Source: a virus. Taken from it: DNA of 47,211 nt. The stretch lies in IMG/VR virus record IMGVR_UViG_3300045988_030428; one strand, 5' to 3'. Shown here piece after piece: positions 40,046 through 47,211 of this stretch. The translations under genes and the position numbers were made by a program. Numbering within the stretch: position 1 is the stretch's first letter; every line of letters starts with the position of its first letter. The notes under the pieces were generated by a model. The model ran no database searches, was not told the DNA's origin, and saw only the letters and a list, made by a program, of their open reading frames with translations.

Positions 40046-40971
40046 CTGTCCATCTCCTCCATCAATGCCTTAAAAATCGGGTATGCCTGCTGCGGCACTA
40101 CAGCGTTTCCGAGGCATTTAAGTCTGTCCACCCTGGCGGGAATCCCATGAGCCACTCTACCCACATCGGGTTCAGTTGCCCAGCAACGTCCGTCCGCAAG
40201 CTCCTGTGATTGTCCCCACCGTGCGTCCCCTGCGCATCCGCTGCACATGGCGTCGTAAACAGTTTCATTGCCACTCTCTGCGTCAGATTGCATTTCCCCG
40301 GATCTTTTTTCCTGCTCGGCGGCACAGATTTCAGCGTGTCTTTGTATTCGTTCGCGCGCGGCGTCGGCCATAGCCTCACCGCTGACGGCAAGTCCAGGCT
40401 GTGTCGGCTGCCTGCTTTCTGCTGCGTGCTCCGCATCCGCTCCTTTCCGTAGTCCATCCTCGTCGGCGTCGGCCACATCTGCGATTCCGACGAAGAATAC
40501 TCTTGATCGTCTGTGCCAAGCTCCGACAGCCGCAGCCTCAAAATTAAACACGACGACGTGATAGCCAGCACGCTCCAGATCCTTTGCCACCTGCCCGGCG
40601 GCAATCTTGATGATTCCAGATACGTTTTCACCGACAACGCAACGCGGGCGCAGCTCGGTGATAACTCGGAGCATCTCCGGCCAGAGGTATCGATCATCCC
40701 CTTTGCCCTTTTGCTTTCCAGCCACGGAGAAGGGCTGGCATGGGAATCCGCCGGAAATAACGTCAACTGTTCGTAGGCCTGTCCGCTCATAAAAACTCTC
40801 CTTTGTCAGCGTCCGGACATCACGCCAGCGCGGCACGTCCGGCCAGTGCTTTTCCAGCACCTTCGTCGGGTAGTCGGCAAACTCACACTGCCCGACGGTC
40901 GTAAATCCTGCCCACTCGGCAGCTAAATCCAGCCCGCCGATCCCGGTAAACAGGCTCAGATGCGTCAGCAT
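40036..40971 (-). CDS. dcm: DNA (cytosine-5)-methyltransferase; its central region looks out of frame (see finding)
   Basis: Motif [37 protein letters not shown] and X LGNAVVPQ are all in this frame. The 120 codons between VIII and X read as acidic/Ala-rich low complexity. Confidence 0.7.
   Translation of the reverse strand: MLTHLSLFTGIGGLDLAAEWAGFTTVGQCEFADYPTKVLEKHWPDVPRWRDVRTLTKESFYERTGLRTVDVISGGFPCQPFSVAGKQKGKGDDRYLWPEMLRVITELRPRCVVGENVSGIIKIAAGQVAKDLERAGYHVVVFNFEAAAVGAWHRRSRVFFVGIADVADADEDGLRKGADAEHAAESRQPTQPGLAVSGEAMADAARERIQRHAEICAAEQEKRSGEMQSDAESGNETVYDAMCSGCAGDARWGQSQELADGRCWATEPDVGRVAHGIPARVDRLKCLGNAVVPQQAYPIFKALMEEMDRWT
40098..40790 (-). other. Alternative (+1) frame ORF inside dcm, encoding a TRD-like WPTP repeat segment and an EWLMGFPxGW motif
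   Basis: 230 codons. From 40478 it reads [11 protein letters not shown]...[12 protein letters not shown]...[12 protein letters not shown]...[20 protein letters not shown]. Confidence 0.45.
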
Positions 40972-41120
40972 CGTGCCTCATCCCTCCCCGTCGTCAGCGC
41001 GGATGATCTCCGTTTCCTCTTGCAAATATCGATTTCCCATGTTATACTCTCCTTGTAAAGCTTTTGGCGGCCGCCCTATGGCCGCGCCCTCGTCCGGTTG
41101 CCGCCGGTCGAGGGCATTTT

Positions 41121-41378
41121 TTATCCGATCAGGAACTCCGGCTTATAATGGAGCTTCATCGCCTTGGCGTTCTGGTGGTACTCCGGCGCGCTCCATTTGT
41201 AGCCCCAGTATTTGGCCGCCGTAAAGATCGCGGCCAGCTCGTCTCCCGCGCGTACCGTAATGCTCTGATTGCGGTACACGACGGCGTAATAATTTTTCCC
41301 GGTATACCCGGCCTGCGCGATCACGCACGGCCTGCGCGGTGCCCGCTCTCCCGAGTAATCTGTGCTATTTTGCCGCAT
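41121..41378 (-). CDS. Hypothetical protein (85 aa)
   Basis: ORF within the tightly packed early operon. Confidence 0.5.
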   Translation of the reverse strand: MRQNSTDYSGERAPRRPCVIAQAGYTGKNYYAVVYRNQSITVRAGDELAAIFTAAKYWGYKWSAPEYHQNAKAMKLHYKPEFLIG

Positions 41379-41607
41379 ACAAATGCCCCTTCCTTACTTT
41401 CCTCCCGGCGTGCGCGATCTCCCGCTGCGCCACGAAATTCAGCTCCTGCGCGTGCTTCTCTGCGAGCTGCTTTTGATAGATGTGCTCCCGGATGGACTGA
41501 TACAGCATCCACGAGCAGCACATCGCACTGCATCCCGGCGCGCGTCCCGGGCAGTCCCTCCCGCATGGAGGCGGGACCGGCTTTGTCTTTGGTGCGTACC
41601 GCATCAT
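41365..41607 (-). CDS. Small Cys-rich protein (CxxDCxGRxxxCxxxC), paralog of 43213..43458
   Basis: The ATG overlaps the upstream stop (ATGA). PPCGRDCPGRAPGCSAMCCSW. Confidence 0.5.
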   Translation of the reverse strand: MMRYAPKTKPVPPPCGRDCPGRAPGCSAMCCSWMLYQSIREHIYQKQLAEKHAQELNFVAQREIAHAGRKVRKGHLYAAK

Positions 41608-41834
41608 TCGTCCTCTGCCTCCTCCCACAAGTGCTGCATCCACGCCGCCAGCGTCAGCAGCCTCTTGCGCGTCTCCAGCAGCATCCCGACGGTCTCCCGG
41701 TCTATGCGCGGTTGACTGCTCAGTATCTCCGCGTCCTCCTGATCCTGTTCAGCTGCCCGCGTGGCCGCATCGATCAGGTCCTCCATCTGCTCCGGCGTCA
41801 GCTCCACCGGAATTTTCCCGTTACTCGCCATCAT
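41604..41834 (-). CDS. Hypothetical acidic protein (76 aa)
   Basis: ORF with coupled starts and stops. Confidence 0.5.
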   Translation of the reverse strand: MMASNGKIPVELTPEQMEDLIDAATRAAEQDQEDAEILSSQPRIDRETVGMLLETRKRLLTLAAWMQHLWEEAEDE

Positions 41835-42417
41835 TCTCGCGCTCAGCGATCCGCATTGCCTCGCGTATCACATTCCCGCCATAGGCGCCCTTCGTCAGCT
41901 CAAAAAATGCCTCGCGCGTCATATCTGCGCTCAGGTCGATTCCGTGATCCTTCGCAAATGCCTTTCGCCCTGCCTCGCAGCTCCCAGTCAGCCGGTGATG
42001 CCAGTCGTACAGCGTCATCACCGGATACGCTGTATTCGGCTTGATCGCATCCAGAAATGCGGTGATCCGCTCCTCCTGCGGCAGGCCCTCAAACGCCTTA
42101 TCGCGCGCATCCGTCACAGCCTGACGCACCGTCTCCCCGTGCGCGAAGCAGCCGTCAACTTTCGCGATGAAGCATGGCGTCAGCGTCAGATCGCCTTGCA
42201 GGATAAAGCCCTTCGCAACGTCCCCGTGTACCGACGTGATGATCGTCTGTACACCATCGATCATATGTACATCTTCTCCGTCGTACTTTTTAATGCCGTC
42301 GCCGGAGTCGTCGCCGTCGCCGGAGTCGTCGCCGTCGCCGTAGCCGGAGCCGGAGCCGGAGCCGTAGCCGGAGCCGGATCGCGCGGCCAGAAACTCTTTG
42401 ATTTTTATCGTTTCCAT
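41821..42417 (-). CDS. Hypothetical protein with N-terminal G/S/Y/D low-complexity linker
   Basis: ATG at 42417. METIKIKEFLAARSGSGYGSGSGSGYGDGDDSGDGDDSGDG is followed by a globular domain (IDGVQTIITSVHGDVAKGFIL...FAHGETVRQA). Confidence 0.55.
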   Translation of the reverse strand: METIKIKEFLAARSGSGYGSGSGSGYGDGDDSGDGDDSGDGIKKYDGEDVHMIDGVQTIITSVHGDVAKGFILQGDLTLTPCFIAKVDGCFAHGETVRQAVTDARDKAFEGLPQEERITAFLDAIKPNTAYPVMTLYDWHHRLTGSCEAGRKAFAKDHGIDLSADMTREAFFELTKGAYGGNVIREAMRIAERENDGE

Positions 42418-42701
42418 ACTCTTACTCCATTTATGCTCCGCACCGCCTCGTCGGTGCAAGGGATGATCTCAATAACCCCGAGTACCGTCATTGCCGGTAT
42501 CGTTACCGTAAACTTACATTTTTCCGGTGCTTTCACTCCCTCCGTTACGAGCTGGGACAAGCTCGCCGCTCCATCCCAATACCACAGCCTGCGGCAATCA
42601 ACCAGATCGGCCTCGTCCCCTCTGCGCTCCGCGATCTTTGCGAAGAATACGCCCGCCCGATCGCACCGAATGATGTAATACTGTTCCTTTTTGTTTTCCA
42701 T
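42405..42701 (-). CDS. Hypothetical protein (98 aa)
   Basis: AAGGAGG RBS. Product: MENKKEQYYIIRCDRAGVFFAKIAERRGDEADLVDCRRLWYWDGA... Confidence 0.6.
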   Translation of the reverse strand: MENKKEQYYIIRCDRAGVFFAKIAERRGDEADLVDCRRLWYWDGAASLSQLVTEGVKAPEKCKFTVTIPAMTVLGVIEIIPCTDEAVRSINGVRVWKR

Positions 42702-42716
42702 TTTTCAATTTCCTCC

Positions 42717-43001
42717 TTACAGCTCATAAAGCACACTGCCCAATGCAGCGCTGATCGCCGCCGCTCCGCCGAAGGCCAGCGCCGCACCGGCCAGCTCCAA
42801 GGCCAGCAGCACCAGCGCCATGCCGGACAAAAACGCCCCTGCCAGCCAGCAGACGGAGAGCGCCGTCCGGCGTACCCGCTCTCTCTTTTCCCGCAGGCCG
42901 TCTCTCTCGGCTCTGCGTGCTTCCCATTCGCGCTCTCGCGCTCTCTGGTGATTGACTCCCGTGATAAACTCCACATCGCTCATGCTATCCTCTCCTTTCA
43001 T
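42717..43001 (-). CDS. Small membrane protein (94 aa)
   Basis: The ATG overlaps the upstream stop. It has an Arg/Glu-rich N-half and two Ala/Leu/Gly-rich hydrophobic helices. Confidence 0.45.
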   Translation of the reverse strand: MKGEDSMSDVEFITGVNHQRAREREWEARRAERDGLREKRERVRRTALSVCWLAGAFLSGMALVLLALELAGAALAFGGAAAISAALGSVLYEL

Positions 43002-43201
43002 CCTCCGAGGAACCGGATAAACGGCTCTCTCGGGATTTTCACCCTGTGTTCGCTTGTGCAGCAGACCGGGAAGCCCAGCATCTCCGGTTTTTCCCGTGCC
43101 ATGATTCGCAGCCAGTGTGGCGCGCAGCCGAGAAACCTCGACGCGACCGCCGGTGTGATCGTCGGGCTGTCCATAGCCCGAAGCTCGTCAATGTTCGGCA
43201 T
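42998..43201 (-). CDS. Small HTH DNA-binding protein (excisionase/regulator candidate)
   Basis: AGGAGG RBS. ITPAVASRFLGCAPHWLRIMAREKPEMLGFPV...HRVKIPREPFIRFLGG resembles the excisionase/HTH_17 type. Confidence 0.5.
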   Translation of the reverse strand: MPNIDELRAMDSPTITPAVASRFLGCAPHWLRIMAREKPEMLGFPVCCTSEHRVKIPREPFIRFLGG

Positions 43202-43212
43202 ATCCTAGCCTC

Positions 43213-43458
43213 CTACTTCAAGTGGCGCTTACCGCGCCGTGTATCTCCTCTGGCTTTCGCTGCAAATCTGGATTGCGCTTGTGTCCATGCCCTCACAAGG
43301 CGGCGTTTCTCGCCTTCCTCGACGCGCTTTTCGTACTCGGCAGTTTTGATCTTCGCATACTCGGCATATGCTGCACAGGTTTTGCGGCATTCCGCGCTCC
43401 GACCAGCGCAATCTTGCTTGCAAGGGCACCGTTCGTCAAATTGCCCGATTCTAACCAT
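43213..43458 (-). CDS. Small Cys-rich protein (CxxDCxGRxxxCxxxC)
   Basis: ERCPCKQDCAGRSAECRKTCAAY followed by a basic C-tail. Confidence 0.5.
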   Translation of the reverse strand: MVRIGQFDERCPCKQDCAGRSAECRKTCAAYAEYAKIKTAEYEKRVEEGEKRRLVRAWTQAQSRFAAKARGDTRRGKRHLK

Positions 43459-44254
43459 CCGGTAGCCCTCTTTCCATCATTTTTTGCATAGCACGGCGTT
43501 CAAAGGCCCCCATTTCACCGCCGTGCTCAACGTATGTTGAATTTTTTCTTACAGAAACTGAACCCTTCGCGTTGCCGCCTTTGTCCTGTTCTTTTGCAAG
43601 CCAACGGACGATAAACGAGTTTATCCCGCGTTTTGTCTTTCTCCTGTCCGGATTTGCGTCAAGCCAGCCTTTCATGCCCCGAAGCTGCTGTATCACGTCT
43701 ACAGCAGGGTACAAGCCCGCCCATTCTTGGCATTGCTCCACGGAAACGGGATATTCCGTTCCGTCATTCAGGGGGAGAACGATTGCTGGCGGCGCGGATG
43801 CCGCTTGCGGCTCCGTGCTACCTTCCGCATCTCGAATAGCGAATATCGAATTCGATTCTCGATTCTCGAATACGGGAACATTTGAAATCATTTGCTTGCA
43901 TATGCTTGCATCCGCTTGCGAACTGCTTTCAGGCGCTGGATACTTGCTAACTTTCGCGCGCTGTGTCTGGTACTTGCCCCATGTTGGTAAACAAAGGAAG
44001 CGCTTACCCTCAAACACATACAGGGTAACCAATCCAGCGTTCGCCAATCCATGAAGAGCAGTTTCCACCGTTTTCAGCGTGAGATTTTCCTTTAGCGGGA
44101 ATAGGCGGTTTTTCACGACCGCCGCTCTCCCATCGAAGCGCCCGAAATCATCGCAGTTGACAATCAGCCGATAAAACAGAACTTCTTCAAACCATGAAAG
44201 CTTGTCAACGCTTTCGCTCGTACAGACGCTTTCTCTAATGATTCTGTTCGGCAT
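43451..44254 (-). CDS. Phage replisome organizer/replication initiator-like protein
   Basis: The N-terminus IRESVCTSESVDKLSWFEEVLFYRLIVNCDDFGRFDG resembles the replisome-organizer N-domain. It lies upstream of ssb. Confidence 0.55.
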   Translation of the reverse strand: MPNRIIRESVCTSESVDKLSWFEEVLFYRLIVNCDDFGRFDGRAAVVKNRLFPLKENLTLKTVETALHGLANAGLVTLYVFEGKRFLCLPTWGKYQTQRAKVSKYPAPESSSQADASICKQMISNVPVFENRESNSIFAIRDAEGSTEPQAASAPPAIVLPLNDGTEYPVSVEQCQEWAGLYPAVDVIQQLRGMKGWLDANPDRRKTKRGINSFIVRWLAKEQDKGGNAKGSVSVRKNSTYVEHGGEMGAFERRAMQKMMERGLPDG

Positions 44255-44264
44255 TTTTCATTCC

Positions 44265-44663
44265 TCAGAACGGGAGGTTCCCATCTTCTTCGTCGTTAGC
44301 AATCTCCGTGAAATCGCTCTTGGCTTCCTGCGAATCTCCGTCGCGCTTGGAGTCGCCAAAATAAACGTGATCCGCGAGAATTTCAGCGCTACGGCGTTTG
44401 TTTCCCTCCTTGTCCGTCCAGCCGCGAATCTGCAAGCGGCCAGTAACTACGGCCATGCGGCCCTTCGTGAAGTATTTCTCGACGAATTCAGCGGTGCTCC
44501 GCCAGCAGACAACATCAATGAAATCTGTCTCTTTCTCCCCGCCCTGCGGCGCGTAGTCGCGCTCACAGGCCAGCGTGAAGGAGGCGACCGCAACGCCGGT
44601 CTGCGTTCTCCGCAGTATCGGGTCAGTAGTTAACCTTCCCATGATTGTAATTGTGTTAAGCAT
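44265..44663 (-). CDS. ssb: Single-stranded DNA-binding protein
   Basis: MLNTITIMGRLTTDPILRRTQTGVAVASFTLA... is the OB fold. It has an acidic tail ending in DGNLPF. Confidence 0.9.
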   Translation of the reverse strand: MLNTITIMGRLTTDPILRRTQTGVAVASFTLACERDYAPQGGEKETDFIDVVCWRSTAEFVEKYFTKGRMAVVTGRLQIRGWTDKEGNKRRSAEILADHVYFGDSKRDGDSQEAKSDFTEIANDEEDGNLPF

Positions 44664-44982
44664 TCCAAATTCCTTTCCTGTATACAAGGTTTGTTTCGTC
44701 CCATCCGGGATATTTGCTTCTCAGATAATTCGCCAGTACCTCTTTGAGCGCCGCGCGGTCTGCTGATTGGTCGTATCTGGTGTGACATATGTCGCACAGC
44801 GTTATGATGTTCTCGGCGATTCCAAGCCCGCCGTGTGAGCGCGGTATGTAGTGGCACCACGGGCTTCCCGGTCTACCGCAAACGATGCAGTAGCCGCCGT
44901 CACGCTCCATAACGGCCTCTTTTACAGAGGCTGGGATACTAGTTGCCTTTGTCTGTTTGTGCAGCTCTCTCACCCCATTCAA
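44656..44982 (-). CDS. HNH endonuclease
   Basis: RDGGYCIVCG...HYIPRSHGG...NIITLCDICH contains the HNH motifs. Confidence 0.8.
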   Translation of the reverse strand: MNGVRELHKQTKATSIPASVKEAVMERDGGYCIVCGRPGSPWCHYIPRSHGGLGIAENIITLCDICHTRYDQSADRAALKEVLANYLRSKYPGWDETNLVYRKGIWNA

Positions 44983-45502
44983 TGTTCATCCGAGCCAGCT
45001 CGTCAGGCGTCAAGGTCTCGATTCCGAGGCTTTTTGCATCCTGCACAGCCATATCGATAATCCGGCTCATTTGCTTCGCGTTGTATCGAGACGAGCCGTA
45101 ATAGGCTCTGACAACAACGCCGTCACCGTCCTGCTGATAGTCAACTTCTTCGGTCGGCCAGCCTGTCCCGAGCATAGACCACGCCGTCCGGAACGTCGGC
45201 GCGTCCTCTCTTGTGAGGTGGAAGTCCTTAAATACGCCGACCGCCTTGATATAGTCGATGTATATGTCTTCTTTCGTCCGTCCGAGCTTGTCCGCGATCT
45301 GATCGCAGAGCTGCCAGAAGTAGTTGTTTGAATCAAGACTACGCTTCTTGCGGAACTCCTTGATCTCCGCGACGTACTTCTTGCCCGGCACCATTGCCGA
45401 CAAGAACAACTTGGCTTTGGACGGAGCATCCGCACGAATGCGAAGCCATGTCCCGGCGGCGTCCATCGTCCAATCAGCGGAGGTAAATGTGATCTCAGTC
45501 AT
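44939..45502 (-). CDS. ninB: NinB/Orf-family recombination mediator
   Basis: KKRSLDSNNYFWQLCDQIA and SSRYNAKQMSRIIDMAVQDAKSLGIE parallel lambda NinB RNRSLDQNRKLWACLGDVS and STSRMRVGEFAELLELIQAFGTERGV. Confidence 0.65.
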   Translation of the reverse strand: MTEITFTSADWTMDAAGTWLRIRADAPSKAKLFLSAMVPGKKYVAEIKEFRKKRSLDSNNYFWQLCDQIADKLGRTKEDIYIDYIKAVGVFKDFHLTREDAPTFRTAWSMLGTGWPTEEVDYQQDGDGVVVRAYYGSSRYNAKQMSRIIDMAVQDAKSLGIETLTPDELARMNIEWGERAAQTDKGN

Positions 45503-46229
45503 TGCCTATGCCCTGCACAAGCTTCATGTAGCAATCCCAGCAGAGGCAACGCCCATATTTCTTCGTCGTGTTCTCTGCGATGGCCCATGCCGAATAGCTT
45601 TTGCCATTGAAAACGGACGGCTCAACAGGCTTGCCGCAGTCAGCGCATTTGAATCCCGGCTGGCGCTCCTGTTTTTTCGGTTGCTGCGCCGCTGGTTTCG
45701 GCGCGGGATTCTGCGTCGTATTCCCGAATGTGTAAACCGTTCGGCCCTTTGACGTGATCGTCAGTGTCTTGATGCGTTCCGCTTCGTCGTATGTAATCTC
45801 CGAGACGTCGAAATGGTCAGAACACTGCCATTTCCCGGTTCGCTCGTTTTTGACGAGCCGAGAACAGTTCTCAGCGCCGATCCAGATAAACGGGGCAGAA
45901 TAAAGTTCTCTGCCAATGCCGTGTTTGAAACCAGCACGTTTGAATGCGTCGGATGCACGGCCTTTCTCAGCCTCCGTGTTGCTTTCAACGCCAGCGTCCC
46001 ACTTCCATACGAGGTGCCCGTTGCTGAAATAGTCAACGCCGATCCCGCCGTATAGAACTCCATCGACAAGCTTGAAGTCGTTTTCCCAATTCTGCGTTCC
46101 TACGGTCTCGTCAAGGAGATCCGCATCCGTTCGAGCCGTCTTGTAGAGCAGGATGGATGCTCCTTTTTCGTTGCACTGCGCAACTCGGCATTCGATTTCA
46201 TCCGGTTTCAGTGTCCGAAACTGTTTCAT
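45495..46229 (-). CDS. Rad52/Sak-type single-strand annealing protein with C-terminal zinc ribbon
   Basis: GGAGGGA RBS and ATG at 46229. LKPDEIECRVAQCNEKGASILLYKTARTDADLLDETVG...W resembles the Rad52 N-domain. C-terminus: CADCGK...CLCWDC. Confidence 0.6.
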   Translation of the reverse strand: MKQFRTLKPDEIECRVAQCNEKGASILLYKTARTDADLLDETVGTQNWENDFKLVDGVLYGGIGVDYFSNGHLVWKWDAGVESNTEAEKGRASDAFKRAGFKHGIGRELYSAPFIWIGAENCSRLVKNERTGKWQCSDHFDVSEITYDEAERIKTLTITSKGRTVYTFGNTTQNPAPKPAAQQPKKQERQPGFKCADCGKPVEPSVFNGKSYSAWAIAENTTKKYGRCLCWDCYMKLVQGIGND

Positions 46230-46437
46230 TATTTCCCTCCAATTCCAAGCGGCAGTAATAGCCTCTGCCAAATTCGTGAACGATGTATTCCCCAGTGAGC
46301 CTGCACTGTTTTCTCGAATAAGTCTCGAAAAACGGGCAGAATTGGCAGCAGATATGGTCCTTTTCGAAAAAAACGCTTACTCTCGTCTCCACGGGGATGT
46401 AAACATAGTCATTCGAGAGTTTTCCGGCCATATCCAA
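46198..46437 (-). CDS. Hypothetical Cys-rich protein (79 aa)
   Basis: ORF with the CCQFCPFF...C...C pattern. Confidence 0.45.
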   Translation of the reverse strand: MDMAGKLSNDYVYIPVETRVSVFFEKDHICCQFCPFFETYSRKQCRLTGEYIVHEFGRGYYCRLELEGNNETVSDTETG

Positions 46438-46639
46438 GCGCCTCCAAAATGTGCCGTGTCCCGAGTTGCTGTACTAGCAAGGCAATGATTTGATTGTCTG
46501 GATCGTAGTTCTCCGTACCGGGGTCTGCCATGATTCCCTCGTCGCCTTGCCAGTAATCCTCTCCGGGGTAAATCTCTACGCCGAAGATGTCATACGCGCA
46601 TCTTGCCTGCTGCGGGTCTTTGGAACAATCAATCTCCAT
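46409..46639 (-). CDS. Hypothetical protein (76 aa)
   Basis: GGAGG RBS and ATG at 46639. Confidence 0.45.
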   Translation of the reverse strand: MEIDCSKDPQQARCAYDIFGVEIYPGEDYWQGDEGIMADPGTENYDPDNQIIALLVQQLGTRHILEALGYGRKTLE

Positions 46640-46850
46640 CGTCGGCCTCCAAGCTGTATTCAGCATAATGCGTCGGTTCGCCAAAACGGTTTTCGCCGGT
46701 TACGATTCGGCTCCTGATAGGGTATCCGGCACGGCGAAGGTCGCATATTCTAGCGCCCAGCCTGAGACAACCGTATTCCCGAATTGCATCCATCGGCGTA
46801 ATCTTCCCGACTGTTTTCAGGTGTCGGAGCACCTTTTCAGCCTGCGTCAT
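46629..46850 (-). CDS. Winged-helix DNA-binding protein
   Basis: VLRHLKTVGKITPMDAIREYGCLRLGARICDLRRAGYPIRS...YAEYSL is a common phage wHTH pattern. Confidence 0.65.
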   Translation of the reverse strand: MTQAEKVLRHLKTVGKITPMDAIREYGCLRLGARICDLRRAGYPIRSRIVTGENRFGEPTHYAEYSLEADDGD

Positions 46851-46871
46851 GAGTTGCAGCGCAAAACGCTA

Positions 46872-47211
46872 TCAACCATCGGCTACCTCCCTGAACTCGC
46901 CAGCTACAAGTTCATACCATGTGTCTGGCTTGATTCTCACGCCATCAACGAATTCAGTCTTTACGCAAATAGGCACGAATCTTTGCTTTTTATCAGAGTA
47001 CTTCCATTCCGAAAGCGTAACCCAACTTCCGATTTTTGCTTTCACTTTTGAGCTGTGCCCTGCGCAGCAAATAACTGAATCTTCTCCTGTGCTCTCAATC
47101 TTCGCGGCATAGCCAGAAGAGCCGATCTTCGCGGCATTGCCAGAAGAGCCGATCTTCGCGGCATCGCCAGAAGAGCCGATCTGCGCGGCATTGCCAGAAG
47201 AGCCGATCTGC
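46872..47211 (-). CDS. Repeat-containing early protein, C-terminal part (continuation of 1..674)
   Basis: In frame with the repeats: ...AAKIGSSGYAAKIESTGEDSVICCAGHSSKVKAKIGSWVTLSEWKYSDKKQRFVPICVKTEFVDGVRIKPDTWYELVAGEFREVADG, with stop TGA at 46874-46872. Confidence 0.7.
   Translation of the reverse strand, partial: QIGSSGNAAQIGSSGDAAKIGSSGNAAKIGSSGYAAKIESTGEDSVICCAGHSSKVKAKIGSWVTLSEWKYSDKKQRFVPICVKTEFVDGVRIKPDTWYELVAGEFREVADG
47098..47211. repeat. 27-bp coding tandem repeats (about 4 copies at this end)
   Basis: Same unit as 1..314. Units start at 47112, 47139, 47166 and 47193. Several carry the cttcgc (Lys) variant. Confidence 0.95.

Larger units (their letters stand above)
1..47211. mobile_element. 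Complete temperate siphovirus-like phage genome, circularly permuted in this window (attP form)
   Basis: All phage modules are present: integrase/attP, lysis, tail, head, terminase, replication/recombination. Both ends lie inside one minus-strand repeat ORF. Nt 47191..47211 are identical to nt 1..21. No host genes recognised. Confidence 0.8.

Overview
The window is essentially one complete temperate siphovirus-type phage genome of about 47.2 kb, in circular (attP) form rather than integrated. Both window ends lie inside the same minus-strand gene, within a 27-bp coding tandem-repeat array, and the last 21 nt equal the first 21 nt. No host genes are visible. Strong GGAGG-type ribosome-binding sites and a PBSX-like lysis cassette suggest a Firmicutes/Clostridia-type host (inference). 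Layout: (1) A lysogeny module on the + strand at 0.9-4.4 kb holds a CI-like repressor, small membrane proteins, an HTH-TM protein, a zinc-ribbon tyrosine integrase, and an attP with a tRNA 3'-end mimic and arm-type repeats. (2) An accessory region at 4.6-7.2 kb includes a self-contained three-gene moron (DUF3467-like, DUF4258/nuclease-like, DUF2283-like). (3) The late genes at 7.2-29 kb, all on the minus strand, run from lysis genes through tail fibres, tape measure, a G/GT chaperone with a T7 slippery site, head genes, a tRNA island (Met/Ile2-CAT and Asn-GTT), TerL and TerS. (4) An RHH operon is divergent from a + strand four-gene island ending in an orphan FtsK/SpoIIIE-type ATPase (29.2-31.9 kb). 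(5) The early region at 32-47 kb (minus strand) holds a RuvC-like resolvase, transcription factors, a ThyX-like protein, a DNA-modification cluster (ASCH, MTase, DUF551, PAPS-reductase-like, Dcm), a replisome organizer, SSB, HNH, NinB-like and Rad52-like proteins, and a Cro-like HTH. The observations most worth follow-up are these: the dcm gene, whose central target-recognition segment sits in the +1 frame relative to both catalytic flanks; the FtsK-like island; the three-gene toxin-antitoxin-like moron; the near-invariant 27-bp repeat gene that spans the junction; an apparently face-to-face promoter switch; phased GTGGTGCAT repeats upstream of terS; and a perfect 261-bp duplication in a collagen-like tail fibre. 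All family assignments come from reading motifs in the translations, not from searches.
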